NCBI RefSeq assembly: GCF_009914755.1
Contig: NC_060947.1
Length of the DNA stretch: 64,000 nt
Source: the human T2T-CHM13v2.0 reference genome, Homo sapiens
Direction: 5' to 3' (one strand)
The notes under the pieces were generated by a model. That model had not been told where the DNA came from. It did not search any database and was given only the letters and a program-made list of their open reading frames with translations. Positions within the stretch are counted from its first letter, which is position 1; each line of letters starts with the position of its first letter. The position numbers were made by a program, and so were the translations under genes. Below are positions 10,350 through 22,699 of this stretch, piece after piece.

Positions 10350-12920
10350 GAGTCTCCCTTAGGTCTAACAGAATAGGAGAAGGCAGGAAAGGAGATAAAA
10401 AAGGAGGATTCAGTGAGATTGGATGAAAACCAGGAGGAAATCAAATAACAGAATCCATGTTTCAAGAGAATTGTTGACTGAGTTAATAAAAGCTGTTGTG
10501 AGATTAAGATGAAGACAAAAAACAGTCTCTTACATTTAGTTACAAGAATAATAGATTTAGTAGAGTGATGAGTGATGGGGACTGAAGGGGAGCAGAGAAA
10601 TTGGGTGGTAACTATAGAGAGATGAGCATTAACCCTACCTTTTGTATGCTGATGAGAATGACCCAGCATAGAGGGGATATTGATGATGCATATGAAAATA
10701 AGAAATAAATTTTTGGAGCAAAATCTTTTAGAAAGTGAGAGAGGATGGGATACAGAACACAAGTCAAGGCATTCACCTTTGGTAAAAGCAGAAACACTTC
10801 ATCCTTTTAACAGGAGGAAAGCCAGAGAAAACAGATGCCATTGTAGATAAGTTGCAACATTTAATCTTAGGAAGATGACTGAGTTTGCCTCTATGGCTTT
10901 TGTTTCCTCAATGAAGTACGAAAAAAGGTCATGATATAAGAGTGAGGGGTGGGGAGGGCATGTTGGGAGTTTGAGGGCAGAGGGAAAACTAAAATAGTCA
11001 TATCTGGAAGTGAGAAGGCTTTACTACTTAGAACAAATACTATGATTTTCGGGTAATATTGAGAGGAAATTTGATCATTGAAATCATGAATTTAAGAAGG
11101 TGAAACCAGATTGCTTTCTTGAGTGGTCTTCTTTGGCAATGTTTAGCTAACAGGGTAGAGTAAGTAGATATCGTTGGTTTAAAATCAAGTTTGGGATTTG
11201 CCAAGTTAAAACAATGGAAGAAAAGGAGGACAAGAAAATTGAGATATTTTCACAAAAAAAGTAATAATGAAAGACTACATGATAAATATGAGGTCTTTCC
11301 CACTTCCACTGATTATGAAGTCATAGGATATTAAAGACGGAAAGGACTTTTAAAGTTTCATTTGATAAACGCTTAAGTTTTATAACTGAAAAAGAAGATT
11401 CAAAGAGGTAAAGTGTCTTTCTTAGAATCTCAGATCCAGCTAGTAATGGCAAGAACTGACACCCAAGTCTCATTTTCCAGTTCTTGCTCCTTCCATTACA
11501 ACATGCTGTAATATTTTTTACTCACTTTTCATCTCCTTTCAGTGCCCTGAACAAGGATCTTAATGTATACTACATAAGTCTGTGAAGGAAGACTTACTTC
11601 TCTTTTAGTAATTTACATGTCTGGAGCATAATACTTTTCAAATAACTTTCAGATCCATTATTATTTTTAATCTTCCAAACTATCTTGTGAGGTATTTGAG
11701 AATAGGTCTTTGATTTGTCTCGCTGAATTTACAGATGAGAAATCTGATAATGATGATTACTACAGCAGCACATTGTACTTGTATTTCAATTTTAATTTTT
11801 TTTCCTGAAGATAAAAAGTTAATCTTATGCATGTTGATGTAATTTTGAATTTACAAGATGCTAATTATATTACGAGCCAGGAGTTTTTGTCAGGTAACTG
11901 GATAATAGGAGCCATATGGAGATTACCACCATCTGAACTGAACAACAAATGAAAGAAATTGAGGTAGTTTCCATGATGGAGATGTAACAAAAAAAACTTG
12001 CTTTAGGAAAAAGGGGTTTGGAGGGCAGAATGAAATAAACTGTTTCAGAGCCATGGTGGGTATCTAGCAAAAGTAGAACCTTCTTAGGAGAAGAAGAGAG
12101 AGAATATTCCATGGAGAGAGAATAATGGTCAAAAGGGTCCAGTAACTTGAGGACCATGTCAGCCATTGATTTTGGAGTGTTTGGACAAAATGAGTAGGGG
12201 GCAGATGACAGGAAAGGCAGGGAAACTCATATTTTTTTGGAGAAAAAAAGACTAGAAAGATTTTCCAAAATTGTGTCATAGAAGTGGGAGAAACAGAGAG
12301 TGATGTCATAGAGTCCAAGGGAGAAGTGGAGCCATCAGAATTGTTAATAAAGAAGGTGCCATGAATATTGGAGAGCTGGGGCAAGAATCCCAACTGAAGT
12401 GAGGTTGGTGGTGGGGGGATAAAGGGAAAAACAACAAATGTGGGTTATAATTTCAAGAAGATTGTTGATGAAGTAAAGGAGGCAGAGAGAGCACCAAAAA
12501 GCTAAGGGTGGAAGAGAGGACAGAGAGTATTTTTATTCTTGTGTTTTGGGTCTTAGTGAAGAAGAAACTTGGCCAAGATGCTACGCAAAGAATCTAGGTC
12601 CAGAGAGAAGGAAATATGAAATACATGCAAGAGGATGAATGATGAAGCAAAGGGAGTCTCTGAGGAGGTTGGAGGGGACGGGATGGGGAAATACACAAGT
12701 GGAGGCGTTGTCTTCAGGCAGAAAAGAAAGGTCATCATTTAGGAAAAAGGAAAGAGAGTAAACATGGATGTGGGGATTGATTATGAAGATAATTACCTCA
12801 TCATTTTCCTTCCACTTGAGTTTGGAGATTTAATGAGCCCATGGTAGAGATGTTCACTTTCCTTCCTTAGAGCCTGGCTTCTTATTCCATTGATATGTGT
12901 GAAGCCCCAAATACTTAGCC

Positions 12921-13145
12921 TCCCCAAACTATTGCTTGGAGCTTTCAGCAGCCTCTGGAGGCCCTGGCCTAGATGGATCGTGGCTCCGACCCATGTGACA
13001 TGTCAGATACCCCAGTGTCCAATTTCACACCATTAGTCAGCAGTCACTGAATGCTCAGTCAGGATGTCATGAGAACCCAACATCGATCTCTCACTTAAAA
13101 AGCAAAGCTCCCCTGGGAGCCAAACTTAAAGATAATTGGTTTTCT
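12921..13145. repeat. Left arm of 225-bp inverted repeat
   Basis: Its reverse complement aligns without gaps to 13558-13782; 23 mismatches by hand count. Confidence 0.95.
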
Positions 13146-13557
13146 AGTGGAGCCCAAAGTGAGTTGCTAAGACAAGTAGCTGGTTAGCTGTACCACTACT
13201 GTGTTGTTTGACCTGAAGTAGATCCAGCAACAGCATGACAGATTATCTTATTATATATTCTTTACAAAGATCACTCATGACCTTAACAATCATAGTTTCC
13301 CAATCTTTCCTTTCATACCTGCACAATTATTATTTTCTCTCTGACTTCCCTGGAGCTCAAAAGGCTTCTACAAGGAAGAACTAAGAGTATGTCACCCAAA
13401 GGCACGTTTAGTTTTCACATGGTAGTGGCCGAAGCAATTTTAGCCCCTACAGCGCCTCCTTTGGGTTTAGAAGGAGCATAATGCTTGCCACTTTATTTAT
13501 CTTTTAAGCGCTCCAACAACCTTCTGCAAGCAGGGACTGGCACATACAGTTCAAACA

Positions 13558-13782
13558 AGAAATCCAATTATCTTTAGGTTTGTCTCTCAGGGGAGCTTTG
13601 CTTTTTAATTGAGAGATCGATGTCAGGTTCTCATGACATCCTGAACGTCCATTCAGTGACTGCTGACTAATGGTGTGAAATTGGATATTGGAGTATCTGA
13701 CATGTCAAATGGGTCAGAGCCACGATCTCTCTAGGCCAGGGCCTCCAGAGGCTGCCGAAAGCTCAGAGCTATAGTTTGGGAA
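13558..13782. repeat. Right arm of 225-bp inverted repeat
   Basis: Example: CATTCAGTGACTGCTGACTAATGGTGTGAAATTGGA is the exact reverse complement of TCCAATTTCACACCATTAGTCAGCAGTCACTGAATG in the left arm. Confidence 0.95.
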
Positions 13783-13809
13783 GTGTACCATGTGAGAAGT
13801 ACTGAAACT

Positions 13810-13990
13810 AGTGGCAAAAGAATCTAGGTTCTAGACCTAGATCTCCCACTGCCTGTGCAATTTGGTGTCACATATCTTCACTTAGTCCCAGTTTTTCTTG
13901 CTGTGAAAGGGGGCAATAACTCCTGCCTTGCTGACCTCACAAGTTTATTGTAGGACTCAAATGAGATGCTGTATGGGAAACCACTTTATT
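13810..13990 (+). mobile_element. MIR SINE
   Basis: AATCTAGGTTCTAGACC...CCAGTTTTTCTTGCTGTGAAAGGGGGCAATAAC...ACCTCACAAGTTTATTGTAGGACTCAAATGAGAT. Confidence 0.7.
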
Positions 13991-15082
13991 AACTACAAAG
14001 CTTCATGCTTCATGCTAGGAACATACTTGATGAACATGAGAATTATGTTGCTGACATCCACAGAAGTTGAGGATAGTTTTGTCTTAGGGTTCAAAGAGGC
14101 CTGGACTCCTAGAACTGGAAGTAGAGCTCTTACTTTTTTACATCATTAAATATACCCTAAAACATCCAAATCCCCTTACCTCAAAGCCTTCAGTCAACCT
14201 TAAGTGAATTGCACATCTAATTAAAAGCACAACTGTTATAGTTTGGTTTTTATAATCAAATTAAAAGTCTTCTTACACAAGCTGTCAGAGGCAGTTTTCT
14301 GAACAGTTACCTTGTCATTTTTCCATCCTTGGTAGACAGATTGCATCTGACCTCCTGGGTAAGTTTCCTCAGTGCTGGTTTTATATGCTTTCACTACTTT
14401 CCAGGCTGTACAGAAATGGTTGGGGAGTGGAACCTTTCCTTAGAGCTCTTAGTGAGGCTTCTCTTTCTTTGATGGCTGTGTGAGCATCCTGTAAAACAGA
14501 GTACTTGCACAGATATGACTGTTATCTCTGTTATCTCAGAACATCACCATTGTCGCCATTCAGTTATAGCATTCACACACAATATCAGGTCACTCCACTA
14601 GGTCAGGCTCAATGTCTAGCGGAAATGACAGACATGTAAATGAACAATCAAATTGCAACATCACAAGTGCAACAACAGGACTCTTTATAACATGTAGGTG
14701 TAGCACAGAGAAAGGAATTTCCGGATCAGTTTGCAGGGAGGTAGTGCCAGTGAAGACCTATTGGAGAGGACTGCCATTGGCATTGTTCTTGTTTATTTCC
14801 CCAAACAATTTCCCATTTATTATTTTATTAATCTTTATGATGCCTTGGGTTTTGAAGGAGGAATAGAAGTATGTTAAACCAACTAGAGACAGAAAGAGTT
14901 TCAGTCAGAAAGAATAGCATGTGCTACTAAGAGGCAGGAGAGAAAACTAGAGAAATAGGCAGGCACCAGATGATCAGGAGCTGTGTACACCATCCTAAGG
15001 AGTGTGGACTTTATTGTGAGGTCAGTGAAGAGCCATTAAAGAGTTTCAAATCGGGAAGTGGAATAGTTATGTTTGTGTTTTA

Positions 15083-15808
15083 TTTTTTACTTTAATTTTT
15101 AATTTAAAATTTTTTGTGGGTACACAGTAAGTGTATACATTTATGGGGTACATGAGATGTTTTGATACAGGCATGCAATGTAAAATAATCACATCATGGG
15201 GAATGGGGTATCCATCCCCTCAAACATTTATCCTTTGTGTTACAAATTGTCCAATTACACTCTTTTAGTTATTTTTAAATGTACAATTAGGTTATTATTG
15301 ACTATAGTCAACCCCGTTGTGCTATCAAGTAATAGGTCTTATTCTTTCTACTTTTTGTACCCATTAACCATCCCCACCTCTCCCCAGCCCCGCACTACCC
15401 TTCTCAGCCTCTGCTAACCATCATTCTACTCCTATGTCCATGAGTTCCATTGTTTTGATTTTTAGATCCCACAAAAAAGTGAGAACATGTGATGTTTGTC
15501 TTTCTGTGCCTGGCTTATTTCACTTAACATAATGATCTCCGGTTCCATCTGTGTTGTTGCAAATGACAGCATTTCATTCTTTTTTCTGGCTGAATACTAT
15601 TCCAGTGTATATATGCACCACGTTTTCTTTATCCATTCATCTGTTGATGGACACTTAGGTTACTTCAGAATCTTGGCTATTATAAACAGTGCTGCAACAA
15701 ATATAGGCATGCAGAAATTTCTTTGACACCCTGATTTCCTTTATTTTGGAAATTCCTCAAAAAACTAAAAATAGAGCTACTATATTATCCAGCAAGCCCA
15801 CTGCTGGG
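15083..15808 (-). mobile_element. L1MA-type 3' end with 5' inversion, inserted into an L2
   Basis: Antisense L1MA 3'UTR (TTTGTGGGTACACAGTAAGTGTATACATTTATGGGGTACATGAGATG...) runs to ~15748, then a sense-orientation segment ~15749-15810. TSD-like TATGTTT(G)TGTTTTA at 15068-15082 and 15809-15822. Confidence 0.85.
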
Positions 15809-16599
15809 TATGTTTTGTTTTAGAAAGCTATATACTTTTGGTGGCTATGCAAATAAGTTATAAGTAAAGGAAAAGATTTGAGGCAGGCAGTTCAGTGAGA
15901 AGGTTGTGGCTTCAATCTAAGAAAGAATGGTGGCTATTGGGAAGGGAGAGGAGGAAACAGCTTCAGATGGTAGTTATATCACTGTCATTGTCACTAAGAC
16001 CATCTTCTCCTTTCATTACAATCAACTTTATCAAATGCAATTTCTGGAAGAAAATAGTTTTACTGAGTATCCCCTAATATACAGATGGATCGTAACCCTG
16101 AAATTCGTATGCGATTTGGTTATTCTATGTCAACTCACATTTCCCATAGAAATAACAGCAATCCCAAATCCCTGGCCATCCCAGAGAAACCCATAGAGAG
16201 CACAAGGTGCTTGAAAAATGGTTGAGTTTGCAGTAAAATATAGTTGTTCTGTAGTAACATTTGTTGTCTGAATGCATAGGTGAACAAATTAAGGAATAAA
16301 CACATGAGAATAGTTTACTAGCACAGGCAAGGCTCTGTACTAGATACAGTGGGAGATGCAAGGATGTCTCAGATATAACTCTTAACCTTGAAGGAAATGA
16401 GAAAATCTTTCAGCTTGTCAACCCCTCAAAGTGACATCTCCTGCCTAATTGTCAGCTTGCTGGTCTTTAAGCTTCAAAATTAACTTTGATTAAAAGAAAA
16501 TCCAATAAGTGTCATGTAATGTTCCATATGCAAATAATACTAACCTAAAGATCACACAAGGTGTCGTCTTTGATTTTAAGCTCATGAACTTTTAAAAAA

Positions 16600-18741
16600 C
16601 TAAGTTGAATGCACAATGCATAATTTGCACGTGGTGAATAATTAAAACAGTATAACTAAGCCTCCCTCCAATCCCAGACCTCCAGTCTCTCTCTCTAGAG
16701 GCAAGTACTAAAAACAGTTTGTTGTGGGTGCTTTAAGAAATTTTGTATGCTTATACCAACGTTTATATACATTTATATTTTTCCATATTTATATAAAAAT
16801 GATCATACTTTTTCACTTAATATATTTTATGGAGCTTTTTCATTTAATATATCTTGGTGATTTTTCTGTATCTGCACATAGAGATCAACCTCATACATTT
16901 TGACAATTGCATAGTGTTCTAGCATATGGATGGGCCATTATTTATTTATTTTTAGTTCAGAGCTTGTTTTCTGAGAAATAAAACATTATAGGTACAGTAA
17001 AATTTCCTTTCGTCCCCAATCCCATGTCTTCTGAGCTCCGGGGGCAACCACTACCTTAAAAGACGATATGTGTCCTCTATGTTCATGTTTTTTATCCTTC
17101 TATTACATATGACTCTATCCATAAACAATATGTGGTAATATTACATCTGTTTTAAATTTTGCACAAATGAAATAATAGTTTTTTGCAACTTGCTTTGTTT
17201 TTCTATTTCACATTTTGTTTTTAGACCTAGCCCTGTTGATACATACAGTTCTCATTCATTCATTGTTGATTTACCTTGCTCCTCATTATACTGAATACTA
17301 GTGGTTTGTTTGTTTTTCCTTATAGCATACTTGCTAAAAATAACAGTCTTACAAGTGTAATTATTTTTCTCAGATCCTTTCTTTGAGGTTGCACTGGATA
17401 CATTAATAGAAGTGTGGGAGATTCTTATAAATTGAAAGAGAAAATAAATTGAAAACATGAAAAAATTTTGGTGGTAGAAAATTATAGACTTTTTTATGTT
17501 AACATATTTTAGCCAGTACAAGTGTTGTAAGGAATGTCCTTGAACTTGTTTCCAGTATTTCTTTAAGGTACCTAAGAGTTAAATTGCTGGCTCAGAGTGT
17601 ATACATATTTTCAGTTTCACTAAGTACTGCCAAATTCTCTAAAGTGGATGTATAAACTCACATTCCCAAAAGCAGTGTATAACAATTTCTGTTTCCTCAC
17701 ATTCTTGTTGGCATGTGGTATTAGCAGATGTTTTTATTTGGGGCAATCTGATGGCTATGGAATAGTATCACTATGCTAGTTTAATTTGCATTTCCTTGAT
17801 TATTTATGAAGATAAGTATGTTTTTATCTACTTACTAGCCATTCAGATTTTCTCTTCTGTGCATTGTTCATTAATATATTGCCCACTGTTAATTTAGGTT
17901 GGTTGTTTTTTAACTAAATGGAGTACTTTATGTCGTCCATATTGATTTGTTATATATTTGTTACAAATGTCTTCTCTAAGTCTGTCACTTGTCTATTATC
18001 TTTATCTTATAATACAGAAAGACAGAGGCTTTATTTCCCTATCAATATGCTCTAATTAATCTGTAATTTACAATTTGTGTTTTTTGTGTCTTATTCAAGA
18101 AATCCTTTCCTACACTGAGATCATATTATTCTAAGTATCTTTTAAATTTTAAAAGTTGTTTTTAAGATTTAGTTTTTAAATCCATCTGAAATTGATTTCT
18201 ATATGTGATATAGTAATCTAATTGTATTTTTTCTGATTTGAATAAACAATCATTCTTACCCCATTTATTGAATAATCCATCCTTTTCTCCCATGATTTGC
18301 AATGCCAATTCTGTCATATACCAAGGCTCCTTATATTCTCTGATTTGTGTCTAGGTCTTTCCTTTCTCCCACTGATCTGTTTGTGTCTCTCTGCATAAGT
18401 ACTATACTGTTTCAATTATTACAGTTTTCTAAGTCTTGATAGCTGTAGGACAAGTCCTTCCTACTTGTTCTTCTTCATAATTATCTTGAATATTCTTGGT
18501 CCTTCAATTACTCATATGAATTTTAGGATCAGCTTGTTAAACCTCATTTGAAATTACGTCTGGAATTGCATTAAATTTATAGATTAGTTTTTGGGACATT
18601 GGACATCTTTAAGTTGAGTATTGCTATATCTGAAAATGGTAGGCTGGGCACGGTGGCTCACACCTGTAATCCCAGCACTTTGGGAGCCCGAGGCAGACGG
18701 ATCACCTGAGGTCGGGAGTTTGAGACCAGCCTGACTCAAGA

Positions 18742-18795
<54 letters not shown>

Positions 18796-20420
18796 GAGAG
18801 GAAAGGAAAGGAAGAAAAAAGAAAAGAAAAGAAATGAAAATGGTATCTATCTCCCTTAATTAAGGTCTTCTTTAATATCCTTCAGTAATACATACAATAT
18901 TTTCCATAAATACTATGGGCATCATTTGTTAGACTTATGTACTTAATAGTGCTGCTTCTTATTGTGAATGGGAGCTTTATTTTAATTAGCTTTATTGAGG
19001 TATACTTTACAAACAATTGATTTTATGAGTTTTGGCAAATGTATGCAATTGTGTAATAGTCATTATGATCAAGATGCAGAACATTTCCACCACTCCAAAA
19101 ACCCCATTCTCCTTGAAGTTAGTCTCATTTCCCATTGAGTCCTTGGCAATCACTTTTATGTTTCCTGTCACAATACTTTGCCCTTTTCTAGAATTTCATA
19201 TAAATTAAGCTATATGACATATAATCCTTTGTGCCTGTTGTCTTTGGTGCAGCACAATGTTTTTGAGACTAGTCTACCTTTTTGTTTGTATCAGCAGTTT
19301 CTTTTTGTATTGCTGAGTAGTATTCTATTGTATGGATGTACCCAAGCTTGTTGATCCATTCACTAGTTCATGGTTGTTTGCAGATTTTGGCTATAATGAG
19401 TAAAGTTACTATGAACATTCACATACCAAGTCTGTGAGTGGACATGCTTTCATATCTCTTGGGTAAATTCCCGAGAGTGGGATTGCTGGGTTATATAGTA
19501 AGCGTATGTTTAACTTTATAAGAAATTGTCAATCGCTTTTACAAAATGACTGCACCATTTTGCATTCCCACAGCAGGGTATGCAAATTCTTGCAGTTTTC
19601 CCTTATCCTGAACAACACTTGATATTACAGGCTATTTATTTTATTTTTAGCTAGTTAATAGTAACTTTCTAAAAAGTTATATTTTCTAATTGCTTTTCTA
19701 CTGTTTAAGAATATTATTGATTTTTAAAACATATCTCCCATGCATCAATATTGATGGACTTTCTTAACAGTTAAAATAGTTTTTCTGAAAACTCTTTTTA
19801 GCTTTCTATGTAGTCAACCAAATTATTCATGAATAATGACACTCTCGTCCTTTCCAGTGCTTAAATCTATTTCAGTTTCTTGTCTTAATGAAATAACAAT
19901 GATCTCATGGATACAATGTTAGATACTAGTTTTGAGAGTAGATATCTTGTCTTATGACTCTAATGAGAATGCTTTTTAAGCTTCTACATTAATTATAATG
20001 TTAATTATAGGTATTTCATATATATCCTTTGTCAGATTAAATGCTTCCCTCTATTCTTGATTTGTTTACACTTTTTTACAATACAGAAGTGTTGAATTTT
20101 ATTTAATTTTTCTGTATCTATTGAGGTTAGTATGCATTGCTTTCTCTTTAATTAGCTTAAGCAGTGACTTGTAATAAATTTTCTAATGTTAGACTGTCCT
20201 TTAATTCCTGGAATCAAGCTTGTTTGGTCACACTGTATTTTTTTTGTAGATTTGCTGAGTTCAATTCACTAATATTTTAATTAGGACTTTTTAAGACTTT
20301 TTATGAAGAATGATACTGGTGTATAATTTTTCATCTTTCTAACAAGTTTATCTGGTTTTGGTATCAAGATTTCACTAGCCTCATAAAATGGGCTGGGCAC
20401 ATTTTCCTTTTTATCTGTTC
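16600..20420 (-). mobile_element. Nested old L1 (L1ME/L1MB) fragments
   Basis: T-rich antisense L1 ORF2/3'UTR motifs (TTTAATTTGCATTTCCTTGATT, CCATTTATTGAATAATCCATCC, TGAATTTTAGGATCAGCTTG); an L1MB-like 3' end is nested at ~18975-19650. Confidence 0.75.
18642..18835 (+). mobile_element. Alu with large internal deletion and (GA)n-converted tail
   Basis: GGCTGGGCACGGTGGCTCACACCTGTAATCCCAGC...GAGACCAGCCTGAC joined to TCAA(GA)n; TSD GAAAATGGTA at 18632-18641 and 18836-18845. Confidence 0.9.
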
Positions 20421-20422
20421 TC

Positions 20423-21143
20423 ACACCAGTTGGAATGGTTATTATCAAAAAGTCAAAAATTACAGATTTTGGTGAGGTTGCAGAGAAAAGGGAATGCTTA
20501 TAGGAGTGTAAATTAGTTCAGCCCCTGTAGAAAGCAGTCTGGAGATTTCTCAAAGAACCAAAAGTAGAATTACCATTCAACATAGTAATCCAACTACTGG
20601 GTATATTCCCAAAAGAAAATAAATTATTCTACCCAAAATACACCTGCATTCACATTTATCACAGTAGTATTCACAATAGCAAAGACATGGAATCAACCTC
20701 GGTGCCCATCACTGATGGATCGAATAAAGAAAATGCAGTACCTATACACCATGGAATACTATGTGGCCATTAAAAAAGAATGAAATCATGTCCCTTGCAG
20801 CAACATGGATGCAGCTAGAGGCTATTATCCTAAGAGAATTAACACAGAAAGGGAAAATTAAATTCTGCATGTTCTCACTTATAAGTGGGAGCTAAACATT
20901 GGGTAGACACAGACATAAAGATGGGAACAAGAGACACTGGGGATTCCAAAAGTTGGGAGGGAGGAAGGAAGGGAAGGGTTGAAAAACTACCTGTTGGGTA
21001 CTATGTTCACTACTTGGGTGATGAGATCAATAGAAGTTCAAACCTCAGCATCACATTTAATATACCCACGTAACAAACCTGCACAAGTACCCTCTGAACG
21101 TAAACTTTTTTAAAAAAAATTAAACTGAAGAAAAAGAAAAAAA
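20423..21143 (+). mobile_element. L1 3' end (L1PA15/16-like)
   Basis: ORF2 C-terminal sequence, then 3'UTR GGGAGCTAAACATTGGGTAGACACAGACATAAAGATGGGAACAAGAGACACTGGGG...GTAACAAACCTGCAC and an A-rich tail. Confidence 0.85.
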
Positions 21144-22699
21144 ATTATGCTTTGGCTTGATAAAGCATTTTTATTTTTGTTATTGTTTCCTATTTTATTA
21201 ACTTCCGTGTTGATATTTATTTCCTTTCTTTAACTTTCTTCTGGTTGGCTTCCTGGTTATTATTCTAACTTCTTGAGTTGAATGTTCAGCATATGAATAT
21301 TCAGTTATGTTGTTTCATATTTCATGGATCATATTTTCTTATAAATATGACATTAGTTGCACCCTACAATGCAGTATATGTCATTAAGTAATATTTATAA
21401 TTTCCATTATCTTTTCTTTATTTTGTTTAGAAGAGTTTTTGTCCAAATTTATGGAAATTTCTTAGATTAAAAATTATTTTTGATATTTTCATTAATTTCT
21501 ATCTTATCAAAGTTTGATTAAAATGTTATTAATATGATAGTGAAGTAGCTTCAAGTACATATTCACAGTACTTGCAAAGTCATCATTCTTATTATGAACA
21601 GCATATATCGAATGTCAATTTGTTTCCAGGCAACTAAGGTGGTTACACAGGTCTGAGACATGTTGGTCCTTCACTCAAGGCATAAAATCTAGTAAAGGAG
21701 GCAAAATAAGGATATAAGAAAAGTAAAATAGAATAAAGCACAATAGGAGTATAGAATGATTGCATGCTGTAATCATTGGTCCTAAAGTTCCAAGAAAAGA
21801 GTGTTTAGAATGTTCATAAGGCAGCAGTGTGGAGGATGAATAAATAAGGGACAAGTTTGGAGGCAGTGAGACTAGTTAGGAGGCTACTGCATAGTCCAGG
21901 CAAGTGACAAAATAGAGAAAAGCCTCCTCTCGGACAGAGGAATCTCTAACAAGGAAGCCAGCAGCAGGAAGTAAGATCCTCTAGTAGTGGGGCTAGATAT
22001 ACCCTACCCACCTAAGTCTGGCTGCCTTTAGACTTGAAGCTACTTCACTTAGACACACTTGCTTAGATTCTGCCCAAATGTACCCTGGCATGAGTTTTGA
22101 CTCAGGAAGTAATTTCCTGATGGCCTCTGTCACCAAGGGCTCAAATTTGCTGGTCATCTGGTCAATCTGAAAAGTCTGGACTCTAGACAGAGAACAGAGT
22201 AAAGCCATGGGTCTTGGTCTGCACAACACATTACTCTTACCACAACTCTAAGTAGCCATATACTCAAAGCCATCTTGGGTCAAATTAGGGAAACTAGGAA
22301 CCAGTTAAGATCCTTTTCACAAATGGTGGTAAATAGTGAGGTCTATAAAGAAAGTTACTGTAGATATCAGCCCTAGGCAACCATCTCCTCATTTCCTCAG
22401 TGTCTTTTACTTCTAACTATGCCTTCCGCCCTGCTCTAGACAAACCAGGCCTCTATGCATCTAAATCCTTCTATCTCAGCCTATGATCTCTATTTCCCCT
22501 TTTTCTCTTCACTACTCATCTCCAAGCTGATCCCTCTTCACTTTTTCTAGATTTTATTCAAGCCACCTACCTCTTCATAAGTACTCTCTTATGAACCCAA
22601 TCTATCTTATGTCCCTCCTCATGAGTCCCAGCCTCACAGTTTAAATCTAGGAGGTGCTTGCTGGTTGGCACTTCAATAATCCAGGAGGTGATACACCAG

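Larger units (their letters stand above)
8190..11240 (-). mobile_element. Long L2 LINE fragment, interrupted by microsatellites and an SVA
   Basis: CATTCATTCATACATTCAACAAATATTTACTAAATGCTTACTCTGTGCCA (L2 3' end antisense); purine-rich L2 body continues to ~9390 and resumes after 10351. Confidence 0.75.

Noticed and set aside
13450-13466. CAGCGCCTCCTTTGGG in the spacer as a CTCF site
   Set aside because: Only a partial match to the CTCF core; too weak to call.
12921-13782. Inverted repeat as a pre-miRNA or a known MITE
   Set aside because: Arms and the 412-bp loop are far larger than a pre-miRNA, mismatches show no G:U strand bias, and there is no TSD or terminal motif I recognise. Kept as an unexplained finding instead.
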